A DNA stretch of 55,788 nucleotides, taken from positions 1 through 55,788 of the IMG/VR virus record IMGVR_UViG_3300027996_000041. One strand, given 5' to 3'. This document shows, one piece after another, positions 34,486 to 45,429 of the stretch. How positions within the stretch are numbered: position 1 is the stretch's first letter; each line of letters starts with the position of its first letter. The notes beneath the pieces were generated by a model. That model was not told the origin of the DNA. It saw only the letters and a program-made list of their open reading frames with translations, and did not search any database. Made by a program: the position numbers and the translations under genes. This DNA comes from a virus. Its lineage: Duplodnaviria > Caudoviricetes.

Positions 34486-36663
34486 CTAAGAGTATTCTAT
34501 AAACCATTGAAATTTATATAATTTTGTACCTGAATTTGAGTTTATATTCATCTCAAACGTATAATACCCTTTACTATAACAAGTTTCACTATTACCAGGT
34601 ATAGGAGTTGTGACAGCTTGATTACCGATTATTCTGGATAAAGGATAAGCATTGGTAAAAGGAAGTTCCATATATAAGGTACCGATATCTCCAACATTAT
34701 CTCCAGCTGTTCCTCCTAAAACTTCTTGAACACCAGCCCCAGGAAAAGCTTGACTTCCTTGAAATTGTGCTACTGCTTTATTTCCTGAAGTAGTACCTGT
34801 TGGAGCGTTTTGATAACCTTGTGTAAAGAAAGCGTTAATGTTTCCTCCAGCAATATCAGCCCACTTAATATTTGAATATACTTTAAATTTCTCAACCCAA
34901 GCTGGAAAATTATTTGTGTTCCAAGTACCTGTTTCAACTACACCGCTACCACCCCATCCAAGACCTACAGAAGATTCGTTAGCAGTTCCTTGACCCGCAT
35001 TAAAACCAGCCGAAGAAACACCATTTGTATGGTTAATTTCCATTTCTTGAAGAACTATTTGCTGAATAGCGGGAGCACTCCAAGTCCAAGCACCAGGTAA
35101 AGGATTTTGTGTACAATAAAAAGTATAAGTTCTACCATCATTTGGAATAGAAGCTACACCATCAACCACACCGTTTATTTCACCACCTACTACAGATGGA
35201 AAAACTTTTATAGGTAAAAGTGAATTATTAATAAAAACTGTTTGTCTACCCGTAGTTGGGTCTGGTAGTCTTGTAGCTAAATCTGAAGTTGTGGCGGAAG
35301 TTATAATGTTAACACCATATATAGCTTGGGAAGTGGATGCGTTTGTGGTTCCTTCTAAAATTAAATTATCATTAATTTCATTTGTAGCACTTACAACATT
35401 ACCACTTGAATCAATGCCTAAGTTATTAACCGATGTTCCAGTGCCTACGGTACCAATATTAAGATTCGGAACATAAACCGTATCATTTGTTGTACCAGTA
35501 ATTCCAATACCACCAATAACAACTGTATTAGTTACACCAGAAAGTATCACTGAATTATTACTACCTATTAATACAGCTCTTTTATCACTTGGTCCAGTTT
35601 TTGCGTGATTATTAACATTTTCGTGGATAATAATTTCATCCCAATTAATATAATCGGTGAGGTCAGCAGTCCAATCTTTATCACCCCAAATAGTCATACC
35701 TATATCAAGGTTTCCGAATGAGTCACCAACACCAAATTGAAGTGCTCCATCTGTTGTACCACTACTCATATACATCCAAGGACCAGTATAGGTACCACTA
35801 TTTGTCCCAATGAATAAATCATTAAGACCAGCTTGTAGATTTATCGTACCACCACCAGTATCTGATGTAATGTCTTTACCACTTTGGACAACAAGATTCG
35901 GAACATAAACAGTATCATTAGTTGTTCCTGTTATGTTTTGCCCCCCTAAAATTACAGCTCTTTGTATACCAGATAGGACAGTATTATTGTCACCACCAAT
36001 AATAGCAGAATTACCACCACCTAATATACTATTATTATTACCACCTAATATGCTAACCCCACCAGTTGAGCCATAACTAGTACTTACAAAAGAATTAGTT
36101 GACCCTAAAATAATATTATTTTCAACCCTACTTCCACCACCAATTTCGTTAGTGTCACCACCGATAATAGCGTTGTATCTACCAATCTGAGAAGGTGTAA
36201 TTTTATTGGTACTGCCACCTAACATGACATTACTATCAAAGCTAGTACCATGCGTTCCTGTAGAAGCTGTAAGTACGTGTGAATCCCCAAAAATAAAAGA
36301 ATTAGTTGTTTCGGAATCTATTATTGAATCAACATATGTTACTGTGTCGTGAATAGTTATAGGTGAACAACCATATAAATTTGTTATATATAAATCTGTT
36401 ATACAATCTCCTGATGTGTTTCCTGTGAATGTTACACCAGCATACTCTGGAACATTTAATGTCCCACTAATTAAAGTTGATGGTCCTGTTGTACCTGTTG
36501 TTGTTAAACTAGTGAATGGGATAGAAGGTACTAAATCACCTACCCCAATTGCGAACGATGTTCCAGCTGGGTTATCTGTTGGGTCACTCACATCTACTAT
36601 GTGAATTAAATCATTACTGGCTGGTGAACCACTAAAAATTACTCTATCTGTTAAAATACTCAT
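34486..36663 (-). CDS. Tail fibre / receptor-binding protein candidate
   Basis: Gly/Thr/Asn-rich; repeated (I/L)GG-x-x-N beta-helix-like units; duplicated ITGTTNDTVYVPNL; short N-terminal attachment-like domain. Confidence 0.75.
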   Translation of the reverse strand: MSILTDRVIFSGSPASNDLIHIVDVSDPTDNPAGTSFAIGVGDLVPSIPFTSLTTTGTTGPSTLISGTLNVPEYAGVTFTGNTSGDCITDLYITNLYGCSPITIHDTVTYVDSIIDSETTNSFIFGDSHVLTASTGTHGTSFDSNVMLGGSTNKITPSQIGRYNAIIGGDTNEIGGGSRVENNIILGSTNSFVSTSYGSTGGVSILGGNNNSILGGGNSAIIGGDNNTVLSGIQRAVILGGQNITGTTNDTVYVPNLVVQSGKDITSDTGGGTINLQAGLNDLFIGTNSGTYTGPWMYMSSGTTDGALQFGVGDSFGNLDIGMTIWGDKDWTADLTDYINWDEIIIHENVNNHAKTGPSDKRAVLIGSNNSVILSGVTNTVVIGGIGITGTTNDTVYVPNLNIGTVGTGTSVNNLGIDSSGNVVSATNEINDNLILEGTTNASTSQAIYGVNIITSATTSDLATRLPDPTTGRQTVFINNSLLPIKVFPSVVGGEINGVVDGVASIPNDGRTYTFYCTQNPLPGAWTWSAPAIQQIVLQEMEINHTNGVSSAGFNAGQGTANESSVGLGWGGSGVVETGTWNTNNFPAWVEKFKVYSNIKWADIAGGNINAFFTQGYQNAPTGTTSGNKAVAQFQGSQAFPGAGVQEVLGGTAGDNVGDIGTLYMELPFTNAYPLSRIIGNQAVTTPIPGNSETCYSKGYYTFEMNINSNSGTKLYKFQWFIEYS

Positions 36664-36675
36664 TTTTTTTTGTTT

Positions 36676-39165
36676 TTAATTAAAATCATATTCGACACCA
36701 TCTTGGAAGTCGAAGTTTACGTTATTTTGAAATTGTTTTGTGTCAAGAACATATTTGTAACAAGTTTCAGTTCCAGCACTTAATGTGTATCCTTCTGGAC
36801 AAGGACTATATTTAACACAACAATCAGAACACATATCAAATGTTAAAAATAGTTCCTTACTATTAAGTACTAAATTACTGTGTTTTTCCAATACTGAAGA
36901 TTGTTTAAAATAATCGGTATATCTCCAATCTAAATCAGCGTCTAAACTTGGGGCGAAAGTTCTGTTTATTACACCATAACCCTGTATAAGACCAAATTGT
37001 CCCTGTTTAATTATTACATTATCAGTTAACTTACCATCGTTATTTTGTATGTTTGAATAGTTAATCTCACCAGGGTTGTAAACCCAAGATTTTTTATTAT
37101 CTATAACTGGGACTATTTCAAAACCTGGGCAATCATTGTTTATTATCTCTACTATATCAATCTCTTCGTTACAATTAAAATTAAAATTGTCTAAAAATAT
37201 ATCATAAATACAACAACAATTTAAACCATGTGTAAATTGTAGGTAAGAATTGAATCCCTCAGTTGTTCCAGTTGTTGGTATGGTAAATTGTGTTGTGAGG
37301 TCAAACCATGTCTCTACATCCACAAAAGAAAAAGGTTCAGATGTTTGTATAACATTATTATTATCGTCTCTTATAATTAAATTAACCACTATTGGTACAC
37401 CTGAGTTATAACAACAAGGTGCTTCTGTATCCCCACTCAATGGTGGTGGTGGTGCGATTTCTGCGGGTGTACGTTTGTTTATAGTTGTCGTCTTATAATC
37501 AATTAAGTTGTTGTTCTCATCAAACTCTAGTATACATGGGTCGGTTGGGTTACCTACTATGATTACATCCCCATCGTCAACAAATGGGGTACAAGGGTTT
37601 TCAGGTTTACCAAAATAAAAAGACACCGAAACATCTATTGGGGTTTCACATTTTGGTTTAATTAAATCATTATTTAACTTAAACTCTAATGGTAGACATG
37701 GGTTTGGGTCACTTGTATAACAAGAACCTTTATATACCCAAGGTAATTGATTGTCTGACGCTATTTTTAAACAACACACTTCACTTATTGATTCACCATT
37801 AATGGTCACAATTGTTATGTTTTGGTTAAAACTATCAACAGTGGTTGTCATGGTTATCTCAGTTAACCCAATATTACATTCGTCTTGTGATTTACAAAAA
37901 CACAATGTACCATCAAAAAACCCACCCAGTTCTTCACATTTAGCACTACTAACCCCTTGTGACAGTTGCCCATCTTGATTAAAGATACTACCATCTACTT
38001 GTTCACTATGTGCTGATGTTGCTGTTTCATAACATAAATAAAACCCGCCAGACAATGCTAAAGCGTTGGCCAGTAACACTCTAACTTGTACATTGTCAAC
38101 CACCCCATCATTATCTATATCACCACCACTAAACGAATTATTGATAATAAAATTTATTTCATCCGAGGTGAAACCTAAAGAGGACAAAACATTTGGCGTT
38201 AACAATAAACTAGCCCCACTAACCGTTGATATTATAGACATGAATGTGTCAATAGTTTCTACACATTCACATGTGGTTGTTGTTTCTTGTATCGTATCAC
38301 AAAGACAAGCTGACGACTCTTCATCAAACTCATTTACGTTAACCACAAAATTAGAGTCCGATAGGGCGGTACAACAATTTTCACTTATTATAGGTTCACC
38401 AGTTAACGCGTCTACATAAAAACTACCATTACCAAAAGTTGTTTCTACAGGGCTGGTTGGGTCTGATGTTATCACACTAACTAGAAAGTCCCAAAGGGGG
38501 GCGTTTATATGTTGTAAAGTGTCACCATTCATTAATGTATATAAGTTATCCCACCAAGCAAAATTGTCACAATCAATACATGTAACTCTATTTTGTAGTC
38601 CTTCAGAACTTATTAAATCTAAATCATACGTGTCACATAGACTATTAGTTTCCTCAGTCACATAACAAATTCTAATGGTGTCGTTCCACGATACGGCGGT
38701 ATTTATGGTTGATTGGTACCACGTACAACACTCATGGGTTATCGAGGACCCACCATTATAGACAATCTCACCTGAAGGTAGTTCCTCGTAATCTAATTCA
38801 TTACATGGTGTTATTGTGTCGCCGGCGTTATCTTCGAAACCGTTTGGGTTGATTACTATGTCTTCAATGGGGTTATTGGTATCTACTTCACCATATAAGC
38901 AACAATTATCACAAGGGGATGTCGCGTATTGGTCGTAGTTAATGGCTGTTGGGTCCAAACACCCAGGGCCGCCATTATTAGTGATAACTTTATAACATTC
39001 ACCTGAACATATAGTCCCAGGTGGACTACCGCCCACACAATTTGAGGCTAGGTAGGGGCCACTAGGCCCCGTACTTATAGTTGCCCACGCGTTATAGTTA
39101 ATCGCTAATGGGTCTGTACAACCTGGTGTACCTTTATCATCTCCCGTATCTAATCCTTGTGCCAT
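36676..39165 (-). CDS. Cys-rich acidic putative virion protein
   Basis: Two GC(T/L)DP-x-AINY repeats and many CC pairs; located in the baseplate operon. Confidence 0.75.
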   Translation of the reverse strand: MAQGLDTGDDKGTPGCTDPLAINYNAWATISTGPSGPYLASNCVGGSPPGTICSGECYKVITNNGGPGCLDPTAINYDQYATSPCDNCCLYGEVDTNNPIEDIVINPNGFEDNAGDTITPCNELDYEELPSGEIVYNGGSSITHECCTWYQSTINTAVSWNDTIRICYVTEETNSLCDTYDLDLISSEGLQNRVTCIDCDNFAWWDNLYTLMNGDTLQHINAPLWDFLVSVITSDPTSPVETTFGNGSFYVDALTGEPIISENCCTALSDSNFVVNVNEFDEESSACLCDTIQETTTTCECVETIDTFMSIISTVSGASLLLTPNVLSSLGFTSDEINFIINNSFSGGDIDNDGVVDNVQVRVLLANALALSGGFYLCYETATSAHSEQVDGSIFNQDGQLSQGVSSAKCEELGGFFDGTLCFCKSQDECNIGLTEITMTTTVDSFNQNITIVTINGESISEVCCLKIASDNQLPWVYKGSCYTSDPNPCLPLEFKLNNDLIKPKCETPIDVSVSFYFGKPENPCTPFVDDGDVIIVGNPTDPCILEFDENNNLIDYKTTTINKRTPAEIAPPPPLSGDTEAPCCYNSGVPIVVNLIIRDDNNNVIQTSEPFSFVDVETWFDLTTQFTIPTTGTTEGFNSYLQFTHGLNCCCIYDIFLDNFNFNCNEEIDIVEIINNDCPGFEIVPVIDNKKSWVYNPGEINYSNIQNNDGKLTDNVIIKQGQFGLIQGYGVINRTFAPSLDADLDWRYTDYFKQSSVLEKHSNLVLNSKELFLTFDMCSDCCVKYSPCPEGYTLSAGTETCYKYVLDTKQFQNNVNFDFQDGVEYDFN

Positions 39166-39171
39166 CTTATG

Positions 39172-42100
39172 TTAAACTTTAGTGTCACTTGTTGTTAGGT
39201 AACACCCAATGGTTGAATCCCAAACAACGTCTTGGTTCCCACTAGTCTCTCTATAATACCTACAGCAATCCAAAGACAATGTTACACCACCACTGTTTGC
39301 TACTTGAATATAGTTATTACCGTTAATTGTTGTATTAATAAATATGTAATCACCACTAGAAATAGGTGGACATACATAACAACCTGATGTTAGTGTTACT
39401 ACATCCCCTCCTGGTGCGTCATAATAATAATAACCTAATGACTCACAACAATATTTACTAACTATGGTTCCATCACCATTTTGTATAGTATTGTCCTTTA
39501 TGTTTATACTTAAGTTCTTAATACTACATGGTCGACAAAAGGTGATTGGGGGTATTGTCAGTTCAGTCAATTCTAATTGTCCGGATGTGGTTACACCATA
39601 TTCATACCCTAAAGACTCACAACAGTCAATAGATAATGTTTTACCGTTTAAATCTGCCACACCTACTGTGGTATCTTCTAATATTATTTCTTGAACATCT
39701 CTAGGACATTGGAAACACCCTGATTCTAATTTTGAATTCTCAAAGATTATTTGGGTTAGGTCACTTGGTTTAGTGGTGGTTATATTACCATCTAAATCTG
39801 TATATGTACCTTCCAAACCACCAGAATAATAACCTAAAGACTCACAACAATCCTTATCTAACACCGTAAAATTATCTAAACTAATACCACCATCTAGTTC
39901 ATTAGTTGCGGTTGTGGTACCTAATAGTCCACCTAGATGTACAACATCCTCTATAGGTGGACAAGGGTCAATATCTTGACGCATCTCACATAATTGTGCA
40001 TCCTCATTCCAAATACCACCTCTTAGTTCACAACATTCTTTATCCTTAAGTATTTTATTATTAATCATATAAAAACAGTTACCCTTTTCAAAATACCCAC
40101 TCAGTAACCCTATTAAGAACTTTTTAGCTTGACCGTAGTCGGAACCAATATAACCATATTGTGTTGCTAAATTTAATATTTGTGATTCATCATAGTTTAA
40201 TAAAAAGTCATCTGGATTACAAATTAATGTTAGACTATCTGTTGGCGGACACCACCAACAATAATAGAAATTTTCGTTTAGGTTTGGTATAACCCCATCT
40301 GGCATTTTTAATACTTCACCTAACCCACCATTAGTTATTGGGCTATTTGCTCCTTCTATTGGGCCTGTTAGTGGTGCAACATTTTCAGTACCAAACATTT
40401 TAATACCGTCTATTGTGGTTATTTTTTCTTTAACTGTTATCGAAGCGTAACCACTGGTACAAGTATATGAAAGTAATGTTAACTTTAAGTTATACACACC
40501 CTCACCCAAACTTATTATTTTTTTATTATTTATGTTAGCCGGTGAGTTTAATAAATGTATTGTAGTATCTACTGTTAATGATGCGTTATAATCACAACAC
40601 AACGCTGTCCCCCCACCAAATAGGTTGAATGTTATATCTACTGTTGTGTTAGGTTCCACCGTTAACTGACCGAATAAACTATCCATACAACCGTTACCAC
40701 TACAGGGTTGATTGGTGAATGTTGTTGCGATTCCGCTTACCGTGTCATTACAATCAACAACGGCTGTAGGTATTACTATTGTTTCTAACATATTTAAACT
40801 AAACCCATTAGTTTCTTGTTTAGCTACCACAAGTTCCCCATTACCTGGACCATCTACACACCCATCAACCGCTATTGAACTGGTTACAGTCGCGAAGTTT
40901 GTCGTGGTGACGGGTAGGTAGTCTGTATTATAACAATAAGTAAAGTCACCAAATGGTAAGGGTTGAATCAGCTGCTCATCTTTACCACACGGTACATAAT
41001 ATAAAACCGCCTCACCTTTCCCACTAACGTTTACCGTTGTTGAAGCACATTTTGGTGTGGGGGTTACCGTGTTTGGTAACCAATAAAAGTCACAACATTC
41101 TTCAATGTCATGTGGAACACTTTCTCCATAATTATTTATATATATTAACCCATCTTGACCAAAAGTTAAGTCTGCTGGACAATCATTACATAGTTCCGAT
41201 TCTCCGGCTTGAAATGTTATTCTTAATGAGTATGTGTTACCACTATCTATAACATTAGTTGGTCCGTCTACATCACCAAATGAGACTAGACCAGAAGATA
41301 AAACATTTATGTTGTCATCTGGGTTTACAAGATTTGGTAAAATTTCTTCACCGTAATTAGATAAGGCTTGGCCACTTTCGTCTGGTGTAAATGTACCATT
41401 ATTATACTCTGTAAAATAATTAGTGATTAATGGTTCTGTTCTATTAAGATTAACCGTACTTTGGAAACCATCAACAAAACACCTAAACTTATCCCAATAC
41501 CTTTGACCAAAATCGTAAACACCATAATGTGGGTTATTGCCTGTGGTTCTTATGTTCCCACCATTATACCAAAAACCATCATTCTGAAACCAAAAAGTTT
41601 CTGTATCTGCTGGAACTCTAGGAAACCCATAAGTATCAAATGGGAACGTATCAAAATTCAAATCAAAATAATCAGAACCAAATAAGTTGTTAAATTGGCT
41701 CCTAACCACACTTAAATCTAATTTATTTTTGGCTAAATACACCCTTTCATCCATTGTGACTAAGCAATTATTTATGGTAAATAGTTTCATAAAAAACTCT
41801 AAAACTTTTCTAGTACCTTTTGACCTAAATAACCACCAAGCGTTTATAACTAGCCTTCTCCATAATTCAACATCTATTTGTTTTGCGGATAACTCTCTTG
41901 AGTACCCTGAAAATTGGGGGTCATCGCCCTCATCATCATTTTCTAATAAATTAAAACCATTACCAGTTGTCATTAAAGTGTCAAAACCTAACGTTTTTGC
42001 CATAATTTTTATTAGACTATCCGATGTGTTGTCTTTTTTACTATATGTAACCACATTAGCGAATGAAATGCCGTCAATATATTTTTTAACTACATCAAAT

Positions 42101-43200
42101 TCTACACCATATACCCTTAATAATTTAGAAACTCGCATACCAGTTCTTGAAGTCCCATCACCCTCTGTATCGTATTCTATTATAGAATCAGAAACAAATC
42201 TTCTCAAAACTAAATCGGTTTTATTTTCATCATATAAAGAGGCTATCTCAAATAACCCCTCAACATAATTTTGGTAACTAAACGTATTTATATCTAAATT
42301 ATACCCATCAGATGTTGGCCAAGCGAAACTCCTAAGTGTAAACCCAATATCACCATCTTCATATTTAAATGGTACATTTATCGTAAAGTTATACTTTGGC
42401 GTTGTTAGTCTGTCTAGTAAAAGGTTTTGAAAATCTGTTAGATTTGTAAAAAATTTATCCCTTATTTTTTTAATGGGTTTTACGTGAAACTCTTTTTGAG
42501 CGAAAGTGGTCCCAGATAATCCATTAAAAAGTTTACCCCTAACCTTAAAATATATATAATTAACACCAGTTGTCTTACCAGTCAATCCCTCAATGACAAA
42601 CTCATTATTGTTCTCATCACTTAGAATATAGTCGTTTATTTGTAATGGTATGTTGTTCGACCCAAATGGGTTTTTAGTGTAATCTAAATTATACGGATTA
42701 TTTACCGCACCAATTGGTGTTTTAAATGTTGAGGTATCTGTTGGTGGGTCGTAATCAAAATCCAATATTGTGTTTATACCAGACGGTCTTGTCTGGGTAT
42801 TACTTATTGCGTTTACCGTGACAGATAATGCGGCTGGCCATTTTACAATTATTCCTTGTATTGTGTCCTCTAAAAATTTGTAAAAACTACCAAAATAAAC
42901 ATACCTACCGATGTTGGTTTTATCATAGTTTAACCTAACATATATATTATTTGAAACTATTGTTTGTAATTCAGCTTCAGTAATATCTAAATTATTTAAA
43001 CAATAGTAGTCGGACCATTCCCCTAATTTAAAATCCTGTGCAACCCTCCCTTGGTAGTTTGAGGTTATGTCAAAATTACCTAAAGTAAAAAAGGCGTTGG
43101 GGTCTGTAAACTGATTACCCACTAAATTTGGTGCAAAATCTCCTTGCCCTATTTTATAAGAATCTGTTAACGAACCTGGTATTACTTTTTTTGTTGCCAT
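39172..43200 (-). CDS. Baseplate wedge gp7/P2-gpI-like protein with Cys-rich C-terminal repeats
   Basis: MAKTLGF..ELWRRLVINAWWLFRSKGTRKVLEFF (KGT motif of gpI/gp7-like proteins); CCESLGY occurs three times. Confidence 0.75.
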   Translation of the reverse strand: MATKKVIPGSLTDSYKIGQGDFAPNLVGNQFTDPNAFFTLGNFDITSNYQGRVAQDFKLGEWSDYYCLNNLDITEAELQTIVSNNIYVRLNYDKTNIGRYVYFGSFYKFLEDTIQGIIVKWPAALSVTVNAISNTQTRPSGINTILDFDYDPPTDTSTFKTPIGAVNNPYNLDYTKNPFGSNNIPLQINDYILSDENNNEFVIEGLTGKTTGVNYIYFKVRGKLFNGLSGTTFAQKEFHVKPIKKIRDKFFTNLTDFQNLLLDRLTTPKYNFTINVPFKYEDGDIGFTLRSFAWPTSDGYNLDINTFSYQNYVEGLFEIASLYDENKTDLVLRRFVSDSIIEYDTEGDGTSRTGMRVSKLLRVYGVEFDVVKKYIDGISFANVVTYSKKDNTSDSLIKIMAKTLGFDTLMTTGNGFNLLENDDEGDDPQFSGYSRELSAKQIDVELWRRLVINAWWLFRSKGTRKVLEFFMKLFTINNCLVTMDERVYLAKNKLDLSVVRSQFNNLFGSDYFDLNFDTFPFDTYGFPRVPADTETFWFQNDGFWYNGGNIRTTGNNPHYGVYDFGQRYWDKFRCFVDGFQSTVNLNRTEPLITNYFTEYNNGTFTPDESGQALSNYGEEILPNLVNPDDNINVLSSGLVSFGDVDGPTNVIDSGNTYSLRITFQAGESELCNDCPADLTFGQDGLIYINNYGESVPHDIEECCDFYWLPNTVTPTPKCASTTVNVSGKGEAVLYYVPCGKDEQLIQPLPFGDFTYCYNTDYLPVTTTNFATVTSSIAVDGCVDGPGNGELVVAKQETNGFSLNMLETIVIPTAVVDCNDTVSGIATTFTNQPCSGNGCMDSLFGQLTVEPNTTVDITFNLFGGGTALCCDYNASLTVDTTIHLLNSPANINNKKIISLGEGVYNLKLTLLSYTCTSGYASITVKEKITTIDGIKMFGTENVAPLTGPIEGANSPITNGGLGEVLKMPDGVIPNLNENFYYCWWCPPTDSLTLICNPDDFLLNYDESQILNLATQYGYIGSDYGQAKKFLIGLLSGYFEKGNCFYMINNKILKDKECCELRGGIWNEDAQLCEMRQDIDPCPPIEDVVHLGGLLGTTTATNELDGGISLDNFTVLDKDCCESLGYYSGGLEGTYTDLDGNITTTKPSDLTQIIFENSKLESGCFQCPRDVQEIILEDTTVGVADLNGKTLSIDCCESLGYEYGVTTSGQLELTELTIPPITFCRPCSIKNLSINIKDNTIQNGDGTIVSKYCCESLGYYYYDAPGGDVVTLTSGCYVCPPISSGDYIFINTTINGNNYIQVANSGGVTLSLDCCRYYRETSGNQDVVWDSTIGCYLTTSDTKV

Positions 43201-43212
43201 TGACTAATTTAT

Positions 43213-44076
43213 TTATTGTCCAACACTAGTTATTCTATCAAAATCTTTAGTTTCGTCTATATTGACCCTTTTTTCTCTAATTTCATAAAGTGGTTCACCA
43301 CTAAACTGGTCTTGTATTTCATAAAGATTGTATTGTTTATAAATCTCATTACTAAAGTTATATAAAGTATATATACCGTCTTGTATTCCCTTAGCTTGGT
43401 TACCATATAACCCTATCGCTAATGAATTAATGTCGTATTCTGTTAGTTCTAATTCTATTAGCATTGGGTCAAATATTGTTTTATTAATTTTAATTTTTTG
43501 ACCAGTTTTCCCTATATATGGTAAACTATTTGGTTTTACCGTTGGTGCTGAAGATGGGGTAACAGTTAAAAATACTAAGTTAGAGTTGTTGTTAAACCTA
43601 TATCTAATAGATTTTTGTGTAGTACTAGGTAAGTTTTGTGTTATCGCTTCCGCTCTATTGGCTGATGTTATAATTGTAAATGTGTCTGTCGCTATGCCGT
43701 CACTATAATACTCAATTCTAGACCCAACTAAAGAGTCTAAATCACCTAAGCCGTTAGCATCTAAAACAACTCCCTTTATTTTTGGGAATGCGGCTAATAC
43801 ACCACAATCGGTGATTGTTGTTGTTATTATTCTAGGTCTTATCATAATGTTATATATTCCCACATTAGAAAATTGGTCTGCGGGTAATTTTAAATTAAAA
43901 TAACCAGGTAATACATCACCGTCTGGTTGATTTAATGTTGTTAATCCACCCCCAACAACAAATTTAAAATCATTAGTTGGTTCTTTATTTCTGTTTCCAA
44001 CATAACTATATAATACTTCTATATCACCTGTCGGTACACTAGATAGTCTTTTTGTTCCGTAATTGCCTATTGCCAT
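43213..44076 (-). CDS. Putative virion structural protein
   Basis: 287 aa, in the baseplate operon. Confidence 0.7.
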   Translation of the reverse strand: MAIGNYGTKRLSSVPTGDIEVLYSYVGNRNKEPTNDFKFVVGGGLTTLNQPDGDVLPGYFNLKLPADQFSNVGIYNIMIRPRIITTTITDCGVLAAFPKIKGVVLDANGLGDLDSLVGSRIEYYSDGIATDTFTIITSANRAEAITQNLPSTTQKSIRYRFNNNSNLVFLTVTPSSAPTVKPNSLPYIGKTGQKIKINKTIFDPMLIELELTEYDINSLAIGLYGNQAKGIQDGIYTLYNFSNEIYKQYNLYEIQDQFSGEPLYEIREKRVNIDETKDFDRITSVGQ

Positions 44077-44078
44077 AA

Positions 44079-44555
44079 TTAAATTCTTTTTATATTATAA
44101 AACCCATTTTTATAGATTTCTAATTGCCCTATGTTATTAATGTCCATTAATCTCATATGTTTTTCGTATATATTACCAACACCCCTCTCTATAAATATTT
44201 CATCTTCTATTTCAGGCAAAAAAACTTGTTCTAATTTATTTTCTTCTTTTATTAGTGGGTAAAGTTCAAAATTATCACTATTTTGAACTTTGTACGTTGT
44301 ATCTTGTCTATATGGTTCATTAACATAGTTTGGGGTGGTGTAAGTTTTTAATTTTCTTGTTTCTTTGTGTGTCGATTTCGAACCTGATGAACCGTTTGAG
44401 TCAAAAAATGTTTTATATAGTATATCATCAATCTCGTATTCAACAAAATCTGTTTGCACATTTAAGACCCCATTAACCCCAACTTTATATGGGTTGTTGA
44501 CATCTAAAGTTTTAATATCATTTAATCTATTGCTAGTGTGTCCTGTTATAAACAT
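44079..44555 (-). CDS. Putative virion structural protein
   Basis: 158 aa, in the baseplate operon; C-terminal IFIERG..NGFYNI. Confidence 0.7.
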   Translation of the reverse strand: MFITGHTSNRLNDIKTLDVNNPYKVGVNGVLNVQTDFVEYEIDDILYKTFFDSNGSSGSKSTHKETRKLKTYTTPNYVNEPYRQDTTYKVQNSDNFELYPLIKEENKLEQVFLPEIEDEIFIERGVGNIYEKHMRLMDINNIGQLEIYKNGFYNIKRI

Positions 44556-44568
44556 AATTTAATTTTTT

Positions 44569-45429
44569 TTAATTTGGTACACAGTAAAATTTCCACCTAC
44601 GAGTAGTCCCATACACGTATGGGTTATCGTTGGACCCATCCCCTGAAAGGATACAACCACCAGTATCATGATATGGTAGTTGCCCCAGACTCCCAACACC
44701 TATAATGAATCTTCCACCCCCATCACAGTTACACCCATTGGCGTAAGTTCCGTTATAATCAAGGTCGGGTGCTTCGGACTGAGTCAACACATGGAAAGAC
44801 CCTGCTGGTCCTGGGCAACACCCTGTACCACCACACCCATTCGGTGCACAACCGGTAATTAGATTGGTACAACCCCCTGAACACCAATCCGCAGCCGCGG
44901 CTGCCATGTCCACGTAACTTGGGGGTGTTTCTACACAACCTGATGATAAATGATAACACCCAGCACCAGCATCTAACCCAGTACCACCATCACCACCATC
45001 ACCATCACCAGTACCACCACCTTCAGTATTATCTTCATAATAATTGCAGCAACCATTACACGCTTCTGTTGCGTTTTCGTTATAATTTAACGCCTCCATA
45101 TCCATACACCCAACTTGGTCTAAGGTAGAATCCGTATTGTCTGTTTCACCATTATCATACGTGTTTGTTATCCCACTACCTATTGGGTTGGTTCCACCGT
45201 CATTAGTACCATCATTACTCGTAACCCAAAAACTACCTAAATCAATAGTTTCTTCCTTTTCTTTATGGTCAGTATACACACCCAAATCTTTAATACTTTG
45301 TTTTAAAAGTATCGGCAGGAATAGGTCCTCTTTATTTAGATAGGCAATAGTGTCATCAACACCATCACCATCGGTGTCTATAGTCGTTAAAATTCTTTTA
45401 ATCTTGATATCTCTTTCGTGTTTTTCCAC
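44569..45429 (-). CDS. Cys/Gly-rich putative virion protein
   Basis: DTDGDGVDD Ca-binding-like motif, a GCMD..ALNYN..AT repeat unit, Gly linker, Cys-rich tail. Confidence 0.7.
   Translation of the reverse strand: MEKHERDIKIKRILTTIDTDGDGVDDTIAYLNKEDLFLPILLKQSIKDLGVYTDHKEKEETIDLGSFWVTSNDGTNDGGTNPIGSGITNTYDNGETDNTDSTLDQVGCMDMEALNYNENATEACNGCCNYYEDNTEGGGTGDGDGGDGGTGLDAGAGCYHLSSGCVETPPSYVDMAAAAADWCSGGCTNLITGCAPNGCGGTGCCPGPAGSFHVLTQSEAPDLDYNGTYANGCNCDGGGRFIIGVGSLGQLPYHDTGGCILSGDGSNDNPYVYGTTRRWKFYCVPN

Noticed and set aside
44980-45025. Poly-His ORF on the plus strand (44919..45128)
   Set aside because: It is the antisense reading of the GGT/GAT-rich Gly-Asp linker of 44569..45429.
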